The notes below the pieces were generated by a model. The model worked only from the letters and a program-made list of their open reading frames with translations. It made no database searches and was not told the origin of the DNA. A program made the translations under genes and the position numbers. From contig OZ316891.1 in NCBI GenBank assembly GCA_973895155.1, positions 30,052,331-30,116,330 of the forward strand: 64,000 nt of DNA. Direction: 5' to 3'. Below, in pieces: positions 50,516 to 60,451 of this stretch. Every line of letters begins with the position of its first letter. Position 1 is the stretch's first letter. This stretch comes from Marsupella aquatica (taxonomy: Eukaryota; Plantae; Marchantiophyta).

Positions 50516-51913
50516 ATGCCAGAAGCTATAACTTACTATGACATGGCTCGACGAATTGCTACAGCAATTCCTATTGAGGCAAGTTTTAGGATTATTGTGC
50601 ATCTGTTCAATTTTGGTAAAGGCTCGTTGAAGTGTTTTGACTTTTGGCAAAGCCATCAACACAATATTGTGAACATTGATGGCAAAAAAGTTTGTCATCA
50701 CGGCAAGATGTTGTTGTTTCCAATCATGCATGTGAACGATGACTATTCAATTTGGGTGAAGATTACATTGAGCTTACATGGGCAAGTTGTTATTGTCAAA
50801 GCTATAGAGGCTCAACAACTCAGTAATCCAACCAAACCAAATCCGCCTTATGCTCTGTTATTATTTCAAAACATGGATTCATCTGGTCAATCAATTGCTC
50901 TTGTGGATCGAAATCGACTTGCATGTGCTGAATTTATCTCCACTCAGTCACACCTTGATCCAAGAAATTTTCAGATGAAATCTGATGATTGTGATGAGTG
51001 GATTGTACGAGGTTATTGTACAATGACTCAATACAAGCAATGGCGCCATTTCATTATTGGAAACACTACAAAATGGAGTAACCTCTCAAAATCAAGTAAC
51101 ACAAGCATCTTTGCCTTTATGATTGACAATCAGAATTACTTTGAGGGTATTGGCACTTCTCATTGCTCAGAGATATTGCACATTGCCAGAGAACATCCAG
51201 CTACATTAGCACGAGTCATAATGCAATCACACAAACGATTGAGCAAACTTTGTGATGCTGTAAAGACATTCTATGATAAGGCTTACTCTCAAGAATATCT
51301 TCAACATGTTCCTGCCCGAAGTTCTGGTTCAGCTTTTTATGAGTCACCGGCAACATCTTTGTACATCAACACCCGGTTTCATAAAGTCTATGGAAAAACA
51401 AATACTGGGGTGCTCATTCCAGTTAAAGTTTATGATAGCATGGTAAGCAAACATCAACTTGATCCATGCTACCAATTGTCTACCACAAAGGTAGGCAATC
51501 GTCTTGTTCACCTCACACAAAGAAAAAGGGTGAAAGTGTATGCAATCTACATACGCGCCAATCGGGGCATAGTTTATACTTGCATTTATCTTCCACATCC
51601 ATATTCTGACAATCCTGAGATTGTGAAGGGCAATGTCGAGAGACCACTAGTGGTTCCTGATGAAAAAGCAGTTTGCAAAGGATTTGGCCAAACTAGACGA
51701 GCAGAGATTGGTATTGCTTCTTTCATGGATACTAAGCAAATTGAAGAGCAAGAGTGTCATTCTACATATAGACGTTATCCACTACGTACTGGTGCTGTTG
51801 GTCGTCCTCGACTTACCAAACGTTTATATTCAGTTCAAAACATCACTATAAAAAAGGCTTCCAAATCTATTAGGCTTGGACAGGTACCCAATGAGTATAT
51901 TAGAGAGACTTAG
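50516..51913 (+). CDS. Fpg/Nei-family (NEIL1-like) DNA glycosylase/AP lyase-like protein, 465 aa
   Basis: N-terminal M-P-E; HHGKMLLF (cf. NEIL1 ARGKELRL, Fpg RRGKYLL); LSLHGQ (cf. FGMSGS); YALLLFQ...ALVDRNRL (cf. HAHLRF...FVDIRRF); RGYCTMTQYKQWRHFII (cf. RGPCVLQEYQQFRENVL); H2TH IFAFMIDNQNYFEGIGTSHCSEILHIAREHPATLAR (cf. ICEALLDQRFFNGIGNYLRAEILYRLKIPPFEKAR); basic tail with an AT-hook-like GRPR. Confidence 0.8.
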   Translation: MPEAITYYDMARRIATAIPIEASFRIIVHLFNFGKGSLKCFDFWQSHQHNIVNIDGKKVCHHGKMLLFPIMHVNDDYSIWVKITLSLHGQVVIVKAIEAQQLSNPTKPNPPYALLLFQNMDSSGQSIALVDRNRLACAEFISTQSHLDPRNFQMKSDDCDEWIVRGYCTMTQYKQWRHFIIGNTTKWSNLSKSSNTSIFAFMIDNQNYFEGIGTSHCSEILHIAREHPATLARVIMQSHKRLSKLCDAVKTFYDKAYSQEYLQHVPARSSGSAFYESPATSLYINTRFHKVYGKTNTGVLIPVKVYDSMVSKHQLDPCYQLSTTKVGNRLVHLTQRKRVKVYAIYIRANRGIVYTCIYLPHPYSDNPEIVKGNVERPLVVPDEKAVCKGFGQTRRAEIGIASFMDTKQIEEQECHSTYRRYPLRTGAVGRPRLTKRLYSVQNITIKKASKSIRLGQVPNEYIRET

Positions 51914-52215
51914 ATTAGATTAATTTGTTTTGCCAAGGAGTTACAAAGTACATGCCCTATCCATTTGCAAATTTATGCGTTGTTGTCATAACCAGGTTTC
52001 CTTGTCAATTTTCCTTTTGAGGTTTTGGAGGCCTGTCATTTAATACTGCATATAACTCCATGCCAAATGTACAAATTAAGGTGCATTGTGAACTGGCTAT
52101 AAATAGGATAGCCAACATTGTGTATTTTAACTAGCACATGTCAATCTAGCAAATGTACCATTCCTTATATACCCTACTATACAAATTATGGGCACCCCAA
52201 GGAAAAACTGCCATA

Positions 52216-52418
52216 TCCCCCTGTGGTAAATCAAATTTATCCTACCTTATCTAGGGCTTTTACCTAGTTTAATGTTGGTCTTCTGCAATCCTACTTACAA
52301 CAAAAACAACCTTAGAGGATTTGTATGTTCTCCTTGTAATATTTGTTGTTTGCCAAATCTTGTGTGTTCATGTGGGGTTTAACCCTAAACCTACAAACAC
52401 TAGAACTGCCTATAATTT
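52216..52418 (+). repeat. 203-bp direct repeat, left copy (flanks LINE)
   Basis: Identical to 56152-56354 apart from one visible substitution (gttgt/gctgt). Confidence 0.95.
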
Positions 52419-52429
52419 CCTTGGAATGG

Positions 52430-55400
52430 TTTTTTTTATAAAGTTTAATACCGTGAAAGACCCCACGGATAGGGGGAACAATAGCCCTTAATACAGGGAC
52501 AGCAACAGCACACTAGCGAGCCACAAAGAGAGCCCAAAAGCACAAAAGAGAGCATCAAAGCCCCAGGGAGAGCCCCCCCTCAAAGAAGGGAAATAACACC
52601 GATCAAGAGAGCACCCATGCCCTTCCCACAGCAGCCCCCCAAAAAGCAGACCCCTCAATCAGCAACGCCGCCGCTAGAGGGCACCAAGAGAATCCTGTCC
52701 CCACCCCGTCTCAACCAGATTTGCCTCGTTCCCCGCAACCATTCCTGAGCCCGGTTCAACCGAGAGCGACGCCGCCCAAAGCGTAAACCAGCCCCAACCG
52801 CATGGATGTGATTGGCAGTCTCAGCAAGCAGCAGGCCCAAGTCAAATGAACGTCCCACCTTGTCAGAGAACATATGTTCATTTCTTCCCAGCCAAATCAT
52901 CCAGAGAGTCTGATATACACAAAAGATCCTAGCAGTGTGAATAGGCTCCGGTCCTGTCGATGCATCAAGAATAGCCAGCAGACCACCTCCAATGGGTAAG
53001 CAAAGCTCCGTCAAAATCCTGTCACACATCCTCCAGCAACATGAGGCATGGGAACATTCAATGAACAAATGTTACATCGTCTCCAAGACCCCACAGCAAA
53101 GCTTGCAATTCCCAGTACCAGCCTGGATACGGAGGGCCCGTTGACCAGTAAACAATCCACCAACCAGGATCCGCCAGATAAAGGTTTTTGCCCTGCAGGA
53201 GAGGTCAGAAATCCACAGCTTCTTCCATCCAATGCACCATTCAATTTCCGACCGGTGTGAGGACCAGCACCTATTAAGCAGCACATGAAGGCTCATCTTG
53301 GGTCTCAAGAACTGGTAGACCCTGCAGTTGGTGATCTGAAAGTCCTTGAGAGGTTCTGCCCTGTCAGACCAGCGCCACTGTCTGGCCGGAGGATCCCTGT
53401 CCCACCTGCAGGCAGTTGACTCCCAAATTCTCCCTAGGAACGCTCTAGCCAGCCCTCTGTGCTCCCCCGTGAATCCTCGCAGCACCTGCCCCCTAAGCGG
53501 AAGGTCTTTCCAGCCCCCTGTCTCCACCGACCATCCGTCCTGAATTGATCTCATTCCCAAGCGTCCACAAATAGCAGTGACTCCTACAATATCCACATTT
53601 GGCAATGAATTGAAATCTACCATACATCTAATTGCATCGTTAATGCTCCAGCGTCCAGGGGCACCATATCTCCCAGGACAAAAAGCCAGATGGGCACGCA
53701 GCTCCTCCCAAGCCTTCCATAGACCACTTGTATACCTGAGACCACCGGCTGCCCTAGGAGTACAGAGCAGAAGCCTATCCTTGAACGTGTAATTGTTTCT
53801 TCTGATCACCTTGTAATTCAACCATCCCATTAAAGATAAGTTGGCTGCCAGCATCTTTGACCATTCCCTGTCTGGATACTCTAGGGCCTTAGTGAACCAT
53901 TGTGATAATAATGCATTGGAGTGGCTTCTGAAGTCCTTGAATCCCAGGCCGCCCTCTATTTTTGGAAGTGTCATCTTGTCCCATGCCACCAGCGGAATTT
54001 TCTTCCCACCTGCAGGATTATATCCCCACAGAAAATCTCTACTGAGGGCAATGAGTTTCTTGGCCAGACCCGCTGAAGCCTTGAGGTGCATCACATGGTA
54101 GATTGGGATGGCCTGGAGCACGTGTTTGACCAATAAGGTTCGACCTGTGAAAGAGAGGAGCTTATTTGTCCAGGATGACAGTCGTGAGCTGATTTTATCT
54201 AGGCAGAATCTGTGCAGTTGCTCAGTCTTCAACCCGGCCCCCAAGGGAGCGCCCAGATATTTCTGAACCTCCCCCATTGCACTCACTTGACAGCCAGAGT
54301 ACAGCAGCCAATCCGGGATGACCTCAATTGCCAAGGGAATCACCACAGATTTTCGTAGGTTCAGCTTTGCTCCAGAACCCATTTCATAACATGCAAGTGC
54401 AGTTTGTGCCTGGGTGAAAGCTTCCTCCGTGGCAGGAATGAACATTCCAACATCATCTGCGAATAATCTGTAGCATATTGTGAGTGTGTCCGTGATTGAC
54501 AGTCCACTAAGTCTCCCAGCCTCCATCTCCGTAGCTAAGAAGTCCATCAGCGGTTGTGTCGAGATGACAAAAAGTAGGGGCGACAAGGGGCAGCCCTGTC
54601 TCACCCCCCTCTTAAGCTCAATCATACCCGTCGCAAAACCATTGACCATTGCCTTCGAGAAAGATCCAGCCAACAGAGCCCGTACCAGTGTGATAAAGTG
54701 GCCACTTATTCCCAGTAAGTGCATTGTGTCCCATATGTATTCGTGATTCACCCTGTCAAAGGCCTTTTCGAAATCCAACTTCAAGAAAAGTGCCTTCGTC
54801 TTCTTGTGCTGTATCCAGTCACATGCGAGCCAGGCCAGTGAGATGTTTTCCAGAATGTGGCGCCCCTGTATAAATCCGGTCTGTTGGGGGCTGATTATCT
54901 TGTTCATGATTTCTTGTAACCGCAATGCCAGGATCTTAGCAATGACTTTGTACGTTGTGTTCAACATTGTAAGGGGACGCCAGTCCTTCAGTGATCTCTT
55001 ATCAGGCTTCTTCGGAATGAGCTTTATTATCCCTTCTTTTAACGCACTATCAATCTCTCCTGTCATCCAGAATTCTTGTATCATTTCCACCAAGTCCTGT
55101 CCCAGAAACTCCCAGCATGCACGCAGTACTTCTGCCATTAAGCCGTCTGGGCCAGGCGATTTGTCTCCTGGTAGCATCCAAAGCACTTCCTTCACCTCTT
55201 TAGTTGTCGGGAGAGCTTCCAATTTCATTCTCTCTGCCGCTGTAAGCGCAAATTTTGTGTGTTGCAGTAGACGTCTCCTCTCTTGTCGTCGTTCTTGTGT
55301 CTCCCTTTGTGAGGGTTCCTGTGGTGCATAAAGTGCTTGACACATTTTCTCCACTTCAAGCACAATGCTTGCCGCCTCTGTTATCTCCGTCCCATCCTCT

Positions 55401-56156
55401 TTGAGAATCAGGTTCATGGTTTCTCGGGCGCGTTTAGCCTTTACTATCGCATAGAAGAACTTTGTTGATTCGTCTCCTTCTCCCAGCCATTTAATCCTTG
55501 CAAGTCTCCGTCCCTTATTAGCCACTTCCAACTCGGTTGCATGCAGTGTGTCTTCCGTTTCCGTGTATTCCTTGATTTCATCCTCTGTGTGTTCCTCCAG
55601 AATGGATGCTTTCAGTGCTCTCATTCTCGCTCTAAGAAACTCCATCTCAACCTCTGCCAGCCTTGGTCTTGCTTGTAACTCCATGTATTTTTGCCTAAAA
55701 TTGGAGCACGCTTTTGAAAATCGCAGCACAGGGTTTGCAAATTCCCTCCTTCCTTCCCTCCAGGCTCCTTCTAGAAGCGCCAGGTCCTCCTTGTTGCTTA
55801 GAAGCGCTGGATTGGCCATGAATAGTCTCACCTTACCTCGCTCCACCTTCTGACCTGCATCTCTGAACCTCCCTTTCAGTATCACCGGGTCATGGTCTGA
55901 TAACGCTGATCCTCCTTCATGCACCAGCTCTACTCTCTCCTCTAACCACCATCCCTTCTCGCTAATGTAGAACCATTAATCCCCTTCTCATCCTTCTCCA
56001 TGTGAATTGGGCACCCGTAGCGCCCCCGGTGATCTCCCACGCATCTACCAGGTCAAAGCGCGTTTTTAAGAAGCGCCAGAATTCCGCTTCTCTTCCGCCG
56101 ATCAGAGGTGATCTCCCGGATGAGTCCGCTCTTCTTTCTGTCATGTTGAAGTCCCC
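52430..56156 (-). mobile_element. 5'-truncated L1-clade non-LTR retrotransposon (end of APE, RT, zf-RVT, 3'UTR, short poly(A))
   Basis: Begins at the endonuclease GDFNM motif; SDHDPV, WLGEGDESTKFF, KSPGPDG, DWRPLTML, KLDFEKAFDRV, GVRQGCPLSP, LFADD, KYLGAPL; CKLC...ETM*HLFIEC with a nonsense codon at 53072; small deletion/frameshift near 55975; T-run at ~52430. Confidence 0.95.
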
Positions 56157-56354
56157 CTGTGGTAAATCAAATTTATCCTACCTTATCTAGGGCTTTTACC
56201 TAGTTTAATGTTGGTCTTCTGCAATCCTACTTACAACAAAAACAACCTTAGAGGATTTGTATGTTCTCCTTGTAATATTTGCTGTTTGCCAAATCTTGTG
56301 TGTTCATGTGGGGTTTAACCCTAAACCTACAAACACTAGAACTGCCTATAATTT
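56152..56354 (+). repeat. 203-bp direct repeat, right copy
   Basis: See 52216-52418. Confidence 0.95.
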
Positions 56355-58204
56355 GAAACCAGAACATCAATTTTGGTCTTCCAAACAGTGTCAATGAGTT
56401 ATAAAATAATGGGCAATGATGCATGACTTGGATGTTTGCATGTCATGCATCATGTCATTCTACAAAATGAATTTGCACACAAAAGAAGTCAATGATTGTC
56501 TAGTAAAACAAATATTATCTGCATTATTTAGTTTTCCCTCCCTGTAGTGTTTCCTACTTGTTAAATTCCTACATTTGAAGTGGCGGATATTCCCTATTGA
56601 TCATGTAATGTGGGATGTTCACTTTACACACTTTGTGCTTTTCCCTACTTTAGTGTTAGCCTGGGTGTTAGCATGTTAGGTAAAGGGTCCCTAATTAAGT
56701 GGGGCTTTTACCAACATGGGAGTGTGTCCAATCTGCCTTGTGTGCACCTTATCACCAAGAGTCTCAAATATTCTTGGACAACATGTGACTGTAAAGCAAT
56801 GTTTACTCATTTTCCCCATTTTGTAATTAAATGGACCATCAAAGGGATTTGACAGGATCCCTTATTATGGTTTTATATATAGATTTCTAGTGACCTAGCC
56901 TCATTGCCCAATCATATAATTGGACCAAGCTAGATCGAGAAGTAGTATACTCGATCACTGAACAGTTCAAGGTCAAACTATTGGGCACAGCAAAGTACTA
57001 AGGTAAGTATAGAAAATAAATAAGCTATATCCAAAAGGGGAAAACTACTTGAGTAATCTACTAACTTCTAAGTTGGATTTAGGATTAACGCCCCAAACCA
57101 ATATATCTGTCTACAAAATGGGGATGGAGCAAACTCCCTTCCACACTGCTATGTCACTGCTGATCCCCCCCCCCCCCCCTACTCGGGCCCCTACTGCTAT
57201 AAATTTTGAGAACTAAGTATATTCAAGAGTATATTACCAAATGTACAGAGATTCCATGAAGGTGAGATAGTTCTTGGGACCTGAAAATTGGATGGCCGCC
57301 ATCCATTTCCTTATGGAAAAATTCCACAAGCACAACCAATGAGAGGGTGTATATCATTTTCTGTGAATGAGATGGCTTAAGTTTGCAATTTGTAATCTAA
57401 AGTTTTAAGGAATCAAAAGGATTCTGGATCACAGCTTACATTTATTTGCTGCACATAAAGCCATCTTTGTCCAAGTCAACCAATCACATGTAAGTGAATA
57501 AAATATATACCAGGTGATTTTCAACCAATCCACAACGCTAGCTGCATGCATTCAAAGGCTTGAAGCAGGATGTTGCAACTGATGGCAAAATTGTTCCTTT
57601 ATATATATATATATATAGCTAATAATACCAAAAACAAACATGAGAGTAATTAAGTTGTGCTTGTAGTATATGGCATTTAACCTCAACTTTGACACGTTTG
57701 TATTCAACACAACGTACTGACTGTTTGGATTTCAGCATTCTTGGTTTAAAATACCTTCTATTTTATCAATGGTACCCAACTTACTAAATGCAGTAGTGTA
57801 TGATATATAAGTATATCACTTGTATTAATACACTGCCCGTGGGATACCTAGGCAGCAAAACATTCCTTGTTGCAGCAAAACATTCCCTTATTGCCGTACA
57901 ATTAGCCTGCCTTTACTGCTCTGCTCAGGGTGTATTTTGTTGGGGCACGAATAATTTGAACTCTATTGGCGCCAGCCTCGGGAAGTAAATTAGAATAACC
58001 TGAACTCTGTTGGCGCCAGCCTTGGAAAGTAAATTAGGTTTTTAAAGCTTATGCGTGTCATATGCGCCCCCTGCCCTTGACAAGCAGCAGCCCAGTATCA
58101 CTTCTACACTGCTGTACTGGCTCGAAGTTCTCTCGTGCTTTAGCTTGTCTTCAAAGTGAACACCCTAATCCATACATAGAGCAAAGAGTCTGGTTCAGGT
58201 TTGG

Positions 58205-58870
58205 AGCAGAGCTATTGGAAGTGAGCAACTAACGTACTTAATCAAAGTTTACTTGGAGATTGAGAAGTAGACAAGATCGCATTCGGACCTATTGCTACGT
58301 CGCAGTTGGAAGTGAGCTGTTAGAAATGAGCAACTAACGTACTTAATCGAAGTTTACTTGGAGATTGAGAAGTAGACCAGATCGCGTTCGGACCTATTGC
58401 TACGTCGCTGCTGGAAGTGAGCTGAATTCGACCACCCCACCAAATCGAATTAGTCTACATGACGGCAGCCCAGTTCGTTTTGCTGATTGCTGGAAGTGAG
58501 CAGCGTTCGGACCTAGTTGCGTCGTTGCTTGGATTGAAGTGAGTTTAATTCGACCACCCCACCAAATTGAATTAGTTTACATTACGGCAGCCCAGTTCGT
58601 TTTGCTGATTGCTAGAAGTGAGCAGCGTTCGGATCTAGTTGCTTGGTCGCTATTGGAAGTGAGCTTAATTCAACCACCCCACTCATACCAAATTGAATTA
58701 TTTTACATTACGGCAGCCCAGTTTGGGTTGCTTGTTTTGCTGATTGTCGGAAGTGAGCAGCAGTCGTACCTAGTTGCTTCGTTGCTATTGGAAGTGAGCT
58801 TAATTCGACCACCCCACCGAATTGAATTATAGTTTACGTTACGACAGCCCAGTCTGTTTTGATGATAGCT
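58205..58870. repeat. Tandem array (105-bp pair, then ~4 units of ~120-135 bp) rich in GGAAGTGAGC
   Basis: gagcaactaacgtacttaatc at 58223 and 58328; aatt(c)gaccacccc at ~58425, 58547, 58667 and 58802. Confidence 0.9.
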
Positions 58871-60016
58871 TGAAGTGATCAGCATGGAATTCAAGTTAAC
58901 TGCAAATCGGCAATAACAAACCTGTTACGTGGACGACTCGAAGCTCCTTCAAATGCCGTTATGAGTTTGTAATGCATATAGTAACATCGAGAGTAAAACA
59001 TAGCTCAGTGGTTACGTGGATCTTATTGTTGTATGTGCTTGGATGGATGGGGAAATGAGTGGTCGTTGCATGAGTAGTTACACAAGGCTTACATTGCAGT
59101 ACATAAGCTAATAGCCCAGTTTGTTTTTGCAGGTCTGGAGGTGATTATATTGTGACTGTTGGGAGTGAGTGCCCCACTGTACAGCAGAGCGTGGCCCAGA
59201 CAATAAGTACAGCAAAGTACAGCAAGCGTGGCCCAGTTTGTCTGCAGAGGAGGTGGTTAATTTCTGTAAGTTGAAAGTAAGTGCGCACTGAAATAGAAGT
59301 TTGCATACAAGAGCAGAGTAGTAACCAAATTAAGTACCCCAGTTTGTTCTTTGGAGCAAGTTCATTTGCAGTAGTTTGAAGTGAGCACATTCAAAATTAG
59401 TAGCAGGAGAAGTAACGAGGTTATTTTTGGAGGTGACATATTACTTGCTTTTGAAAATTGAGCACCATTTTTGGAGCTGATTAACTACTGTTGGAGGTGA
59501 GGAATGTACCAAATTGAAAATTACATATTTAAGTGTAGATCAAGAAGTAGCTTGGCAGTTGAATTTTTAAACAAATTGACTTGCTGTTGGAAAGCACGGC
59601 CCCATTGCAACATAGAGCGCACAAGCAGCCCATTTCATTAATTAGAGGAGATGATCAACTGCTGTTGGAAGTGAGCATGGCACTAAGTTGAAGTTTTTCC
59701 CACTGTGCAGAGCTAGAAGTAGCCAAAATAGCTGCCCAGTTTTGTTTGGAGCAAGTTGGCTTGTTGTTCATAGCACTGTGCTGAATTGAAGGACAAAGAG
59801 CAAAGATTGGCAGAGGCAGCCTGTTTGATTTGGAGCAAGTTCGATCTGATCGATCATCAAACTGAAATTTTCAGAGGAAAAAGTAGTCGTGTGCCTAGCT
59901 CAGATCTGAATTTAGTTTCACTGTAGAGAAGCAGCCCAGTGCTAAACCCAGACCTGCAAAGCAATCCGTTTTAGACTAGAAATAGTAGCCAGTTTATTTT
60001 TCACATCCTCATTGTC

Positions 60017-60451
60017 ATGGCTGCTGTGAAGGGCATGGATCCTTTGCAACTGACCAAATTTCTCTTGGAGAAAAACCTAATTGAGAAGGAGCAGTCAAAG
60101 GCCGTTATTCTCCAGGATATAGATGGGGAAATTCTTTTGGAGATGTCAGTAGATGAGCTTATGGCTCACCTTCAATACAATTTCGGGAAAGCTACCCGCC
60201 TAAAAGGCTGGCTGAAAAAGAACAGTAAGTCTGTACCAACTGTCAAACCAGCAGTTAATAGTGAGAGTGAGATGAGGACTGTGCAGAGTGTCGAACCAGC
60301 AGTTAATAGTGAGAGTGAGATGAGGACTGTGCAGAGTGTCAAACCAGCAATTAATAGTGAGAGTGACATGAGGACTGTGCAGAGAGTGGCACTTGTAAAC
60401 AAGGACTGTAACAGTCTTGTTAACAGAGAAAGTGAGAAAGTTATAAATTGA
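60017..60451 (+). CDS. SAM (sterile alpha motif) domain protein followed by three 16-aa repeats; probably a truncated or pseudogenised longer gene
   Basis: LTKFLLEKNL...QDIDGEILLEMSVDELMAHLQYNFGKATRLKGWL fits the SAM consensus (IDGxxLLxLTxEDL...GxRxKI). 48-bp repeats encode (T)VQSVKPAVNSESEMR. The frame stays open for ~65 codons after the TGA. Confidence 0.6.
   Translation: MAAVKGMDPLQLTKFLLEKNLIEKEQSKAVILQDIDGEILLEMSVDELMAHLQYNFGKATRLKGWLKKNSKSVPTVKPAVNSESEMRTVQSVEPAVNSESEMRTVQSVKPAINSESDMRTVQRVALVNKDCNSLVNRESEKVIN

Noticed and set aside
53346-55853. Plus-strand ORFs within the LINE
   Set aside because: They are antisense shadows of ORF2.
57791-57798. CAGTAGTG as right CACTA terminus of the transposase element (also CACAGG at ~43353 as a left end)
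   Set aside because: No matching inverted partner with a consistent 2-3-bp TSD was found, so the element boundaries remain undefined.
58205-58870. Possible repeat-spacer array
   Set aside because: The intervening sequences are homologous to each other, so this is an ordinary tandem repeat.
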